DNA of 64,000 bases from the human T2T-CHM13v2.0 reference genome, Homo sapiens. Of the stretch, positions 1-13,359 are shown in pieces; position 1 is the stretch's first letter; every line of letters begins with the position of its first letter. Under the pieces are notes generated by a model that was not told where the DNA came from, did no database searches, and saw only the letters and a list, made by a program, of their open reading frames with translations. The stretch is taken from assembly GCF_009914755.1 (NCBI RefSeq), contig NC_060927.1; one strand, given 5' to 3'. Made by a program: the position numbers and the translations under genes.

Positions 1-143
1 AAAGAAAGTCATCCAGCAGAGGGAAAAGCTGGGTCCAAGTTATGTCTTTATGCTCGACCATGGAAGAATTTATTTTCAGATGTACTTGCCCTCCTAAATC
101 AGAGCAGCACTTCTAGTTTAGCTGGGACTTCTAGTAGAATTCA

Positions 144-567
<424 letters not shown>

Positions 568-585
568 TTAAGGTGCCTAATGCAA

Positions 586-631
<46 letters not shown>

Positions 632-776
632 GTTCATTTTGTTTTGTGTTTCTGTAGAGATGGAGTCTTCTTGCTGTGTTGCCCAGGCTAGTCTTGAACT
701 CCTAGGTTCAAGCAATTCTCCTGCCTCAGCCTCCCAAACTGCTGGGATTACAGGCATGAACTACTGCACCCAGTCC
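586..776 (-). mobile_element. FLAM (free left Alu monomer) with (TAA)n-expanded tail
   Basis: Antisense left monomer ~655-776; (TTA)n ~588-631; caattttatt on both flanks (likely TSD). Confidence 0.85.
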
Positions 777-2158
777 AATTTTATTTTAAATATAAAAGTT
801 TGTGTCTCTTTCACTTAAAAACACAGTATTGACTGGTTCATTATGCCACTGATATATAGCATCCAAGATTGTTCCAACTCTTGCCAATTCTCAGCCATTG
901 TGTGGGGTGGCGATAGATGAAGAGAGAGAAAGAGAAAGGAAAGGGAGGAGGAGGATGATAGAGAGAGAAGGGGTGTTGAGGGAGAGGTATAAACTTGCTT
1001 GTTTTTAGGGGCATTTTCTGGAATTTGCATATATCACATCTGCTCACATCCCACAAGCAAGAACTTGGTCAAATAGCCGTTCAGCTCAAAGAGTTTGTTC
1101 TGTATCTGTGCAGTCATGAGGAAGGCACTACAATTTTGATCTGGGAGTTTCAAACCCAGGGAGATGGTGAGGGCAAAAGACAAGCCAGGCAAGGAAATAT
1201 GTGAAGCAAGGTGATGCTTTCTATCTCAAGCCAGTCATGAGGAGGCACGTGGGCCGCTCAGCAGGCTTGTTTGGTTTGCACACAGTTCTTTCTGCAAGGG
1301 TTGCAGAGGGGAACTATGACTGGAAATAGTCCCTGGGAGAGGAAAAACAGGGGAGATCCATCTGCTCCTCACCCTCCTATCTTGCATTTCCCGTTGGTTT
1401 GTTCCCACTGGCCGAGGCTTACGCCCATAAGGAGCAACACCTCCTCTCTTCCTGTTGTGTAACCCATCCCCTTGGCAACAGTTCAGGAAGCAGATCCCAC
1501 ACCCTGGGAATGGAACGGTGACCCACATGAATGGGGGGCATGGACCAGGAGAGGGGAAGCACCTGAGAAGGTTTACTGGGTCTGTGTTCCAATATATTAC
1601 TTAATGGCATTTTGAGTGGAAAATAAAAAGGGCTTTGATGAAAACTTTTCTAACTGATGTCCATCTTTTGGAGTCCTGAGTTGGTTTCTCAGTACCTTGC
1701 AAAAAGAACTAATTGATCAGAGGCTGATAGGTAGAAGGGCGTCTCCCTTGATCTTCGGCCAAGAATTCTTCTAGCCTAGGAATGTTTTTGTTAGACATTG
1801 CAGAAACCTAAATGAGGTTTAGGACAACCCATGGATGTCCATTAGGATGCTGTAGAAAGTGTTCTCTCCCTCCCTTCCTTTCTTCATTTTTTCTTCCTCT
1901 TCCCTTTCCTCTCCCGTTCCTTCTTTCCTTCCTTCCAAACGGGAAATTTTACTGCGATTACCTTTGTTTTGTTAAGAAGCTTGAACTCTTTCATGGCATT
2001 TTTCCTAGAAAACAAGCAATGTGCAAACTGGCCTTTCCATATGGCATGGAATATGGACTACTAGCCAACCAAGTTAGAATATACTTTAGGCTGCCTCTGT
2101 CTGGGCCTGACATATTTCTTTACTGTGAACCTGTGAACTTGGAAATGCAACTGAATTA

Positions 2159-2420
2159 GGTTGGGCATGGTGCTCACACCTGTAATCCCAGCACATTGGG
2201 AGGCCTAGGTGAGAGGATATCTTGAGGCCAGGAGTTCAAAATCAGCCTGGAAGACAAAATGAGACTACGTCTCTACAAAAAAATTTAAAAGCCGGGCATG
2301 GTGGGATGTGCCTGTAGCCCCCAGCTATTTGAGAGGCTGAGATGGGAGGAGTGTTTGAATCCAGGAAGGTAGAAGGTAGAGGCTGCAGTGAGTTGTGATT
2401 ATGCCACTGGGCAACAGATA
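2159..2420 (+). mobile_element. AluJ-type SINE, 3' end degraded
   Basis: cacacctgtaatcccagcac ... ggctgcagtgag ... gggcaacag. Confidence 0.9.
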
Positions 2421-2604
2421 AGCAAAAGACCCTTCACTGAAAATGAGAAGCGGCTTCAGTGGAAGCATCTGGCTGCTCTCCAGTGACCTTTAAAAACAGA
2501 AAATTGATCATATTGGCACAACTGCTGTTTGAGAGTCTGAATGCGTAGTGACTAAGTTCACATCCTCTAGATTCAAAAGCATAAAATTCTAAATCTTCCT
2601 CTAA

Positions 2605-3000
2605 GTATCTCAGTGAACTTGGGAATGTTACTGAACACTTAGACTCAGCTTTATTTGCAGTTTAATGGGCATTGTAACACCACGCAGTATTATAATAGTA
2701 TCTGTTACACAAAATTAGCCAGGCCTGGTGGCGTGTGCCTGTAATCCCAGCTACTTGGGAGGCTGAGGCAGGAGAATCACTTGAACTCGGGAGGCAGGCA
2801 GAGGTTGTAGTGAGCTGAGATCATGCCATTGCACTCCAGCCTGGGCAACAAAAGTGAAACTGCATCTCAAAAATAATAATAATAATAATATCTGTTATAC
2901 TACTATCCACCTTACATGGGTATTGTAAGGGCTAAATGAGATAAAACATGTCAGGCTCCTGGCACATAATACATGCTCAGTGAATGGCAGAAGCTATTGT
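2605..3000 (+). mobile_element. MIR interrupted by a 5'-truncated Alu
   Basis: MIR-like core (cttacatgggtattgtaagggctaaatgagataa ... ctggcacataatacatgctcagtgaatgg) on both sides of the Alu at 2710-2888. Confidence 0.6.
2710..2888 (+). mobile_element. 5'-truncated AluS (right arm only)
   Basis: Starts at the middle A-rich linker aaaattagccagg; (AAT)n tail; flanks tatctgttacac / tatctgttatac act as TSD. Confidence 0.9.
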
Positions 3001-3014
3001 TTTCATAGTAGTCG

Positions 3015-3040
3015 TCATCATCATCATCATCATCATCATC
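3015..3040. repeat. (CAT)n microsatellite
   Basis: tcatcatcatcatcatcatcatc. Confidence 0.9.
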
Positions 3041-3335
3041 TTATTGTATGGCTTACTATTGTTCCATTGAGGACTGCAGAATAAAATATTGACACTGGTC
3101 AAGGTATTTAACATTTGAGGGTCTTTAGTGACCTTTCATCTCAGTAAAGGGACACTAGCAATTATCGTCAGGTATGCAGGCACGTGAGGATGGTGCTTGC
3201 ACAGTATCAACCCCTCAGTCATTGGTTTGTTTCAGGTTATACCACCATCATGTTGAACTTTTTAAAAAAGTATCTTAGCCCTCTGATCAAAGGGCAAAGG
3301 TGCTTACCTCCAGTTTCTTTCCCAGTGTCTTGTTA

Positions 3336-3746
<411 letters not shown>

Positions 3747-4469
3747 TTAAAAGGAGCACATCTAACTTTCTAATTCCAGTCTTTATCTTAATTTAAAAAA
3801 AAAAAAAACACCCAAACGCCTTATGTGAAGTTTATTAGGGCAATAATGCTGTGGTATTGCTAATTGCTGGCAGACACATCAATCCATTTGTTTGCCTTAC
3901 CCTAGAGTGATTTTACAGTTATCAATTCTATTTGTTGGTTTCTAATAGAAAGCCAGGGCTTATCCCATAAATTCTGAAGCTGTGGAACTAGGAACATTAG
4001 GACTCTTCCTGCCTATTTTGGAGCATGTATCATTGCACTGGCTCCCTAACCCCAGGAGAGATATATTACAGATGGAGTGTATGCCCCATAAAATAAAGTG
4101 TCATATCTTCTTGACGCAGCAATTCTTAGCTGCAAAGACAATGATTCATCTAGTCAGTGCCAGCTTCTAAATGAGAAAAAAGAAAGAAAGATGATTAGGA
4201 AGATTCATCCTTTGACTCTCTGTCTCCATTTCTCTTCCAAGCCTACTTTTAGAAAACCACTAGGTTCCAGAATCTGCATCATGGGGTCTGAACTTTCTAG
4301 TTCTTGATCCTCAAAGGAGATAAAAGTGAAAGCAGAGTGCATCTTCTGAATAGCATCCTGGGGAAGGTGGGCTTTGTGAAGTAACCAGTTGTGTACAAAT
4401 GAATAAGCTGGCTCCCACTCTCCTCTCTCACCTCTCCTCTGGCCTCAGTTCCTCCCTACCTTCCACCAG

Positions 4470-4825
4470 TCCAACCACAGTGGTCTCCTTAAAATGCCTC
4501 AGATACGCAAGTTCTTCATGATGACCTGGAGCTCTTTCCCCAGTCTCATGGCTGAGACTTTCTCAGCACAAATGACCACTTTCTCGGAGAAGCTTCCCCA
4601 ATAACCCGGCTGAGAGGAGCTCCCACCCTATCCTGACAGTACTCTTTCAACACTTTGCCCTGTTGTATCTTTTCCTTAATGTACTAGCTAGAGTCATGGC
4701 TTTATTTACTTGCCCCAGTTTGTGCTTTTTAGTGTTTTTCTCATCTAGAAAATAAATACCATGAGAGCAAAAACCTCATTTGACTTTTTCTCTACTCTAC
4801 TCCCAGGTACTGGAAGGAATTCTAG
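4470..4825 (+). mobile_element. L2 LINE 3' fragment
   Basis: Diverged similarity to the L2 3' end (atgagagcaaaaacctcatttgactttt ... tactcccaggtactgg). Confidence 0.5.
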
Positions 4826-4882
4826 AATTTTTTTCCTCTGTTTTTAATATATTTTTACATTTTTAAATATTAACTTAAGCCC

Positions 4883-5172
<290 letters not shown>

Positions 5173-5224
5173 TGCTTGTCTGAGATTGTAGAATTTAGTA
5201 AGTACAAAGAGTTCTTGATATGGG

Positions 5225-5370
5225 CTCAGATGATTTGGGTGGCAGTTCCAGAACTGTGTAAATGTGGTCCAGTTTCCTGTCTTCCTGAGTTTCATTCCCT
5301 CATCCGTAAAATGGGAGTAATAATACCTACCTCACAGAGTACTTGTGAAGATCATTGGAACAATGATCAA
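5225..5370 (+). mobile_element. MIR fragment
   Basis: ccctcatccgtaaaatgggagtaataatacctacctcacagag is the MIR core. Confidence 0.75.
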
Positions 5371-5390
5371 GAAAAAAATATATACATATA

Positions 5391-5541
5391 TTTTTTGAGA
5401 CAGGGTCTTCCTCTGTAGCCCAGGTTGGAGTGCAATGGCTTGATCACAGCTTGCTGGTCTCAAACTCTTGGGCTCAAGCAATCCACTTGCCTCAGCCTCC
5501 CAAAGTGCTAGGATTGCAGGCGTGAGCCACCACGCCTGGCC
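5391..5541 (-). mobile_element. AluJ with large internal deletion
   Basis: Right-arm 3' end joins directly to the left arm (tgatcacagctt|gctggtctcaaactc). Confidence 0.85.
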
Positions 5542-5981
5542 GATAAAATATTTTTTATTCTGTTACTGGTTTTACACTTGGGAGAGATATGAGGGTTTCC
5601 TAAAGGACCTTGATAAATGAAAGAATGACAATGAAATATCATGATACTGAAAGGGGAGCTCTCACAATCTGAGACAGGTGGTAAAATTTAAGATGCTTAT
5701 CCCACCATATAGAAAGTATGTAAATTGATAACCCCAAGAAATTACATCAATTGACTGTACAGATTCCAGAATGTTAGAGCAGGAAGATTTGTTAAGATAT
5801 AGTTGAGTGATTTTTAGACGTGGGTCTCTGGAGTACTGGGGTTTTGTTGGAGTCCCCTGGGATCCAGGATATAGCGGGAAATAGCCAGGAAAGAGGAGGA
5901 GCTGAGCTGATAGAAATACATGCCCCATCTCCCCTAATTCAATCAGATTAACTGCATTTTATGCTTTTTTTTTTTTTACAT

Positions 5982-6531
5982 TGTTTCAGAAGCTAGTTAT
6001 TTATTGCTCAGAACCCTTCCCTCACTCTTTCTTCCTGACCCTGATTTTTGTGTGCAGGGAAATGGGCTCAACTTCAAGCTATGGAGTGTGGTCAAGGTCA
6101 TTCATGACAATCCTCTTCCTCAGTTTCTCAGTCTCCCTGGAAGCTATGGATTGGCATATGACCCAGTTTTAGCCCATGAAATGTGAGAATAAGCCACTTT
6201 AGCAGTTGCTGCTAAAGTTTTTAGGAAGCTTTTATTTTCTTACTAAAAAGGGACATATGTGGCTGATATGGTCCTTTCCTGTCTTCCTCCTCCCTTCCAT
6301 GCTAACATCATGTCTGCCACTACAACAGCAATCTTGTGACCATGTGGCTGTAAGCACAGGAATGCCTGGAATCTCAGAAACATTGGCTCTGACCTCCGTG
6401 AGTCACTGAACCAATTCCGGCAACCACCTGGCTCCAGACTTCTTGCCATGTGAGGAAGAAGCCACTATTGTGTAAACCAGTGCAGAGTTTTCTGTCACTT
6501 GCGTCTCAAAAAGCATTCCTCACAGATATAC
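5982..6531 (+). mobile_element. Ancient ERVL/MaLR solo LTR (MLT1/LTR16-like)
   Basis: cagcaatcttgtgaccatg ... ccagacttcttgccatgtgag ... tctgtcacttgc ... aaagcattcctcacagatataca resembles an old MaLR/ERVL LTR 3' end. Confidence 0.55.
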
Positions 6532-6632
6532 ATATATTGTGCTTCCAGATAAGATTTTGTTTAGGATTCTGAGTCTAAAAATAATTTGAAATCTGATCTC
6601 ATCCCATCTTTTCATTGTAGAGAGATAAGGTA

Positions 6633-7123
6633 ACAGTTTCAGTTGTCTGTTGCTGCATTACAAACTATCTCAAAACTCCCTGGCTTAAAACAACAGCTGT
6701 TTTGTTACCTCTTAGAATTCTGTGAGCTGACTGGGTTCAGCTGGGCAGTTCCTCTGTTCCTTGGGATGTCTGCATTGCCTACAGTTACCATGAGGCTCAA
6801 TGGGCTTGTCTAATGCCTTGACAGGAATAGTCAGAAGGCTGGGCTCGGCTGGGACACAGGTCCTTTCTCTCTCCTCATGCAGTTTCAGAGCTTCTCTCTG
6901 TCTACATGGCCTCTCCATGTTGACTTCGTACATGGCACCTTCACACCCCCAAAAGCAGAAGCCACCAGGCCTTCCTAAGGCTTAGGCCCAGATCCAGCTT
7001 TGTGTAACATCTGCGACATCCCTTTGGTTAAAATGAGTCAGGTTCAAGGATAGAGGACTATCTGAGGGCATAAATACAAGAGGTGTGTTTTATGGGAGGC
7101 AATCTTTGCAGGTTAGCTACTAC
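6633..7123 (-). mobile_element. MLT1 (MLT1G/H-like) MaLR LTR inserted into a MIR
   Basis: ttgctgcattacaaactatctcaaaac ... ggcttaaaacaac ... cagctgggcagttc; MIR halves on each side (cattgtagagagataagg | gaaactgagac). Confidence 0.7.
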
Positions 7124-7276
7124 AGAAACTGAGACTTAGACTGTGAAAAGTAGTTGTCTAAACTGATAGAGTCATAAGTATTTAAATTAGAACATCATTG
7201 AAGGGATGAGAGCTCCAAAGCGGGATAGAATGGGAGGGTGGAGGGGACAGGCAAGAGAAAGGACTTATCCTCAGCC

Positions 7277-7795
<519 letters not shown>

Positions 7796-8012
7796 GCCCT
7801 AGCGTTAGTGGTGTTTAGAGTATATCTATAACTACACAGAAGCCCAGCTGTCTTACATGTGGGTCAGGCAGCATGTTTATATTCTTAAATTCTCCCAGTG
7901 GGAAATGAAGAAGGTAGGATACTCAATTTCACACTCTGGCCCACATGTTTTATGTGGACTCTTCACTTTGGAAAAAGCCTTTTTAGTTTTGCTGTAAGTT
8001 CCCCAACTTGAC

Positions 8013-8313
8013 TTTTTTTTTTTTTTTTCCGTGAGATGGATCTTGCTCTGTCGCCCAGGCTGGAGTGCAGTGGTACGATCTCGGCTGACTGCAACCTCCA
8101 CCTCCCAGGTTCAAGGCTGAAGCTCCTGCCTCAGCCTCCTGAGTACCTGGGATTACAGGTGTGCGCCACCACGCCTGGCTAATTTTTGTATTTTTAGTAG
8201 AGACAGGGATTTCCCCATGTTGGTCAGGCTGACCTGAAACTCCTGACCTTGTGATCTGCCTGCCTTGGCCTCCCAAAGTGCTGGGATTACAGACGTGAGC
8301 CAGCCAACCCGGC
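8013..8313 (-). mobile_element. AluS
   Basis: Poly(T) then antisense dimer, ctgaccttgtgatctgcc. Confidence 0.93.
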
Positions 8314-8556
8314 AATTTCACTTTTAAGGTTGTGTCTTCAAATGAAGCCTGAACGGGTGGTCCTTCATTGCCAGTGCATCGCACTAAGCACTTCCCTTCC
8401 TCTCTTTTAACCAGGAGTCATCCACAAATAAGTAGGTGGATTTTAAAGCCGTGGGACTGGGTGACATCAACTAGAGAAATCAGAAGATGAAGAAAGAAGA
8501 AAAGCTGGTGGCTTAGGCCAGGGTCTACCCTGAGGCCTTCTAACTTTTAAAGGTAA

Positions 8557-8763
8557 GTGTGTATGTGTATACATACATACATATGTATACACACATATCC
8601 CAGAAACTAGAAAAATGTATATGTACGTATAAAACTTTTTTGGTTTTCTCCCTATATTTATACAAACATATATATGTATATATACACAAATACATATTAA
8701 TATATACACGTGTGTATGTTATATGTGTACATGTTTATTTTTCTCATATATATATATGTATAT
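8557..8763. repeat. (TA/CA/TG)-rich low-complexity tract
   Basis: Interrupted gtatatacac / atatat runs at the tail of the Alu that follows. Confidence 0.8.
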
Positions 8764-9047
8764 TTTTTAGACAAAGTCTCACTCTGTCACCGAAGCTGGA
8801 GTGCAGTGGCCTGATCACAGCTCACTGCAGCCTCAACTGGGCTCAGGTGATCCTCCTGCCTCAGCCTCCCGAGTAGCTGGGACTATGGGCGCATGCCACC
8901 ACACCCAGCTAATTTTTGTATTTTTTGGTAGAGATGGGGTTTCGCCATAATACCCAGGCTGATCTCAAATTCCTGAACTCAAGCAATCCGCCCACCTCAG
9001 CATCCCAAAGTGCTGGAATTAACAGGCATGAGCCACTGTGCCCAGCC
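8764..9047 (-). mobile_element. AluJ-type SINE
   Basis: gatcacagctcactgcagcctcaac ... ctcaagcaatccgccc. Confidence 0.92.
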
Positions 9048-9227
9048 TATTTTTCCTATTTAATTGAAGACCAATTTATATACAGAGTAAGAAGGAAGAA
9101 ACTAAAATAATTCTGGATCTCATAGGGACAATGCAAAAGAATCAATCTGGTCACTGCTGAGTCCAGGCTTGTCATTGTCCCCTCTAGAATATTAGGGGGC
9201 AAATGTATGAGCTCCAAGAATCTCACG

Positions 9228-9545
<318 letters not shown>

Positions 9546-9554
9546 TCAGGATAT

Positions 9555-9986
9555 TGTGAAAGGAAAATAAAAACTCTGGGACCCTCATTCACTAAGCCAA
9601 AAGGAAAAAATTCAGCTGAAAGCTGAGTCATGATGCAAGCAACTGCCTTTCATTTTGTTCCTAAGCGGATAGCAGCAGATTAAAGGTTAAATGTCTCCAC
9701 TCTGTGTTCACCTTATCTTGTGGAAAGTGACAATTTATTGAGAACAAGAAGGACACATAGTAAGCTTTTCCCTTACCTGCTCCTTTTCTCTTGCAACGTG
9801 TGGATTCAGGAATGTGACCGTACCCTCCCTGTTTCTCCCACAGCCTGCTTTTCCCCTTCAAATATTGAAGCCTTCAAAGTCATCTTTGGAGAAAGGTACA
9901 GACTTGTCTACCAGGTGTGTCCTCAACTTTGGCAAAATAAACTTCTAAAGTGATTGAGACTTGTCTCAGATACTTTTTGGTTTACA
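9555..9986 (+). mobile_element. MER4-group (ERV1) solo LTR
   Basis: TGTGAAAGGAAAATAAA ... ggcaaaataaacttctaaa ... ctcagatactttttggtttaCA; exact 4-bp TSD ATAT (9551-9554 / 9987-9990). Confidence 0.88.
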
Positions 9987-10092
9987 ATATGTCTGTCAAA
10001 TGAGTGAGTAAGTATCTGTGCTGCAAGGCAAAGAGCTTTAACATGGAGAGCCTGATGACATGGGTGGTAGGTGCAGCTCTGTGTGCTGTCAC

Positions 10093-10175
10093 TGGAGTGG
10101 ATGCTGTCAGTGCCCTGCTCAAATCCCCTTTACTTAGAGGGGCATCCATCCTCCAGCTGCTGTGAGCTGTGGCTT
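10093..10175 (+). mobile_element. LTR16-like (ERVL) 5' fragment
   Basis: tggagtggatgctgtcagtgccctgctcaaatccccttt resembles an LTR16 start. Confidence 0.4.
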
Positions 10176-10177
10176 CA

Positions 10178-10675
10178 TCCAGGGGAGAGATGATGATGAC
10201 TTAGACCAGGGTGTTTATTGTTAGCAGAAGTGATAGAAGCGGTTGGATTCTGGATACATTGTGATGATGGAGCCGACAGGATTTTCTGGTGGATAGGCTA
10301 CAGAAAGTGAGAAAAAGAGAGCATGCAAGGATGAAATTCAAGGTTTTAGGCCAGAGCAACTGGATAAATGGAGTTGAAATTTGCTGCAATATGGAAGACT
10401 GCATGAGGAACAAGTTAGGGGTGGGGTGGAAGGACAGGAGTCAAGTTTTGGCCAGGCGAATTTCAACATATGTATTAGACATCCAAGAGGAGAAATTGAG
10501 TAAGTAGTTTAATAAGCGAGTCTGGAGTTCAGGTGAAAGGTCTGGGCCAGATATAATTTGGGAGTTAAGGATATATGGATGATGTTTAAAGCCATGAGAC
10601 TGAAAGAAATTACCAAAGGATTGAGTGTATTTGAAAAGAGCAGAGGAACACGGGCTGACCTTGAAACTTTAAAGG
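10178..10675 (-). mobile_element. L2a LINE fragment
   Basis: ggattctggatacatt ... ggagccgacaggatt ... attagacatccaag ... tctggagttcagg ... tttaaagccatgagactg. Confidence 0.8.
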
Positions 10676-10685
10676 TAAAGGTTGG

Positions 10686-10850
10686 GGCTGGACGTGGTGG
10701 CTCATGCTTGTAATCCCAACACTTTGGGAGGATGAGGTGGGAAAGTTGCTTGAGCCCAGGGGTTTGTGGCTGCACTGAGCTATTATCTTAACACTGCCCT
10801 CCGGCCTGGTCAACAGAGTGAGACCCTGTCTCTTACAAAAAAAATAGATA
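10686..10850 (+). mobile_element. Alu monomer (FAM/FRAM-like or left-right arm recombinant)
   Basis: Left-arm 5' sequence continues into a right-arm 3' end and A tail. Confidence 0.8.
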
Positions 10851-10867
10851 AACAAAAAGGAATCAGA

Positions 10868-11203
<336 letters not shown>

Positions 11204-11329
11204 CTAAGATTTATTTCAGTTATCTTATTTTGCAATTCTCTTGGGGTTAATAAGTTTCTCAGTCTTTTCCCAAATCTACAAAAATTAGTGTATTTCCTTA
11301 TAGTTACCCATCATTGGAAACAAATTGCT

Positions 11330-11396
11330 GCTGTTCCAGTTATGTATTGATGCATAACACACTTCACCAAAACCCGGTGACTTAAAGCATCAACCA

Positions 11397-11433
<37 letters not shown>

Positions 11434-11775
11434 TGAGATGGAGTTTTGCTCTTTCGCCCAGGCTGCAGTGAAGTGGCACAATCTCAGCTCACTCCAACCT
11501 CCACCTCCAGAGTTCAAGTGATCCTCTTGCATCAGCCTTTCAAGTAACTGGGATTACAGGTGCCCTCCGCCATGCCTGGCTAATTTTTGTATTTTTAGTA
11601 TTTTTGGCCAGGCTGGTCTTGAACTCCTGACCTCAGGTGATCCACCCACCTAGGCCTCCCAAAGTGCTAGGATTGTAGGTGTGAGCCACCGTGCCCGGCC
11701 CCTGTTTTCTTATATGTCATGATTTCGCAGATGCAGAGAGGGGGCTGGGCTGGGCTGGGCTGGGTGATTCTTCTA
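11330..11775 (-). mobile_element. MLT1 LTR fragment split by an Alu
   Basis: tattgatgcataacacacttcaccaaaacccggtgacttaaagcatcaaccattt, resuming after 11700. Confidence 0.5.
11400..11700 (-). mobile_element. AluS
   Basis: Antisense dimer, ctgacctcaggtgatcc; small deletion after the middle linker. Confidence 0.93.
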
Positions 11776-12524
11776 ATCTAGTTGGAGTATCTGGAAGTCT
11801 GTTGATAGTTTTCAACTGGTTGATAAATTAATCTACTCATGGAGTAGGAATGTAAACTGAATCGTGCAGCCAAGCATGTAAGAACATATGAAAAGTAATT
11901 ACACTATAGTGTGTAGGAAAAGAAGGTTGGGTATTCCTGGGGAGAATATTTCAGTCTTCTTCACCTCCTTGGCTATTACAGAAGTGAAGGGAAATGACTG
12001 GAAGTTTGGTAAATTGCAGCCTAAATAACAAGAGACAATTTTCTAGTGTGCAGAGAAAACAATGCCATTGAATCCTGGGCATTCCTCTAGTTCATCAGTC
12101 TCATCTCATCTAATGATTGAGCCTTGACCTTCTGAGCTGAGGATTCTTGTGTCAGAAGCCACAGTTTTACACATTTCTGCAGGAATACTTTCCAAGCTTT
12201 TCCAAGGAAGAAATTTTTGTTTCTTCTGCTGTGTTTCTGCAGCGGTTTCCACTCACAGGAAGTCCTAATTATCTGAGGAAAACTACCACTAGATAAAAAC
12301 ACTTTAAACGAAGAGCAAACTTCAGTACATAGCATAGGTGAGTGTTTGGGGTGCATGCAGGTTCAATGGGAATTTTTCTTGAAAGAAAACAAAAATAAAA
12401 TTATAAAAAGAAAGTTATTTTACTTATTCAATAAAATGTTTCTGATTGCAACTACATGCAAGAGGCAAAGAATGAAGTAAGTGTTGATTGTTTTGTTTTG
12501 CAGAAAAGTTTAAAAAAAATATTT

Positions 12525-12712
12525 TTCAATATAGTGAGACCTTTTCTGTACGAAAAAATTAAAAACTAACTGAGTGTGATAGTGTGCCCCTGTTGTCCCA
12601 GCTGCTTGGGAGGCTGAGGCAGGAGAATCACTTTAACTTGGGAAGTGGAGCCGAGATCACGCCACTGCACTCCAGTCTGGGCCACAGAGTGAGACTCTGT
12701 CTCAATAAAAAA
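12525..12712 (+). mobile_element. 5'-truncated Alu
   Basis: End of left arm plus right arm (gaggctgaggcaggagaatc ... cactgcactccag). Confidence 0.85.
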
Positions 12713-12719
12713 AATATAT

Positions 12720-12805
12720 ATTTTTTAGAGACACAGTGTTGCTATTTTGCCCAGGATGGTCTTGAACTCCTGGCCTCGAGCAATCTTCCTGCTTCAGCCT
12801 TCTGA
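12720..12805 (-). mobile_element. Alu left-arm (FLAM-like) fragment
   Basis: ttgcccaggatggtcttgaactcctggcctcgagcaatc. Confidence 0.8.
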
Positions 12806-13058
12806 GTATGTTTTACATAAAATTTCAATCAGTAAAATTTTATAAGATGTGACAAGTCATCCCTCACTCAAGTGTCACTTTTTCATCCCAATAAAGATCA
12901 GTTTTATAGTTATATACACTCATGTACACATAGCTATGTACATGTATGTGTATGTATGTGTGTATATATCTATATATATACACATATAAATATGTAAACA
13001 CACTCTGGGTCTTCAGTATTTTTAACTTTTTTGATCTATAGTATACTTAGAGAAAAAT

Positions 13059-13346
13059 GGCTGGGTGCAATGGCTCACACCTGTAATACTAGCACTTTGG
13101 AAGGCTGAGGCAGGAGAACTGCTTGGGGCACGGAGTTTGAGATCAGACTGGACAACATAGCAAGACCCCCATCTCTACAAAATAAAAATTAGCCAGGTGT
13201 GGTGTCACGTGCCTGCAGTCCCAGCTACTGAGAAAGCTGAGGGTTGAGGATTGCTTGAGCGCAGGAATCCGAGGCTACAGTGAGCTATGGTTATACCACT
13301 GCACTCCAGTGCCAGTGACAGAGTGAGACCCTGTCTCAAAAAAAAT
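13059..13346 (+). mobile_element. AluJ-type SINE
   Basis: Full dimer, gaggctacagtgagctatg. Confidence 0.92.
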
Positions 13347-13359
13347 GAAAATAACTTCA

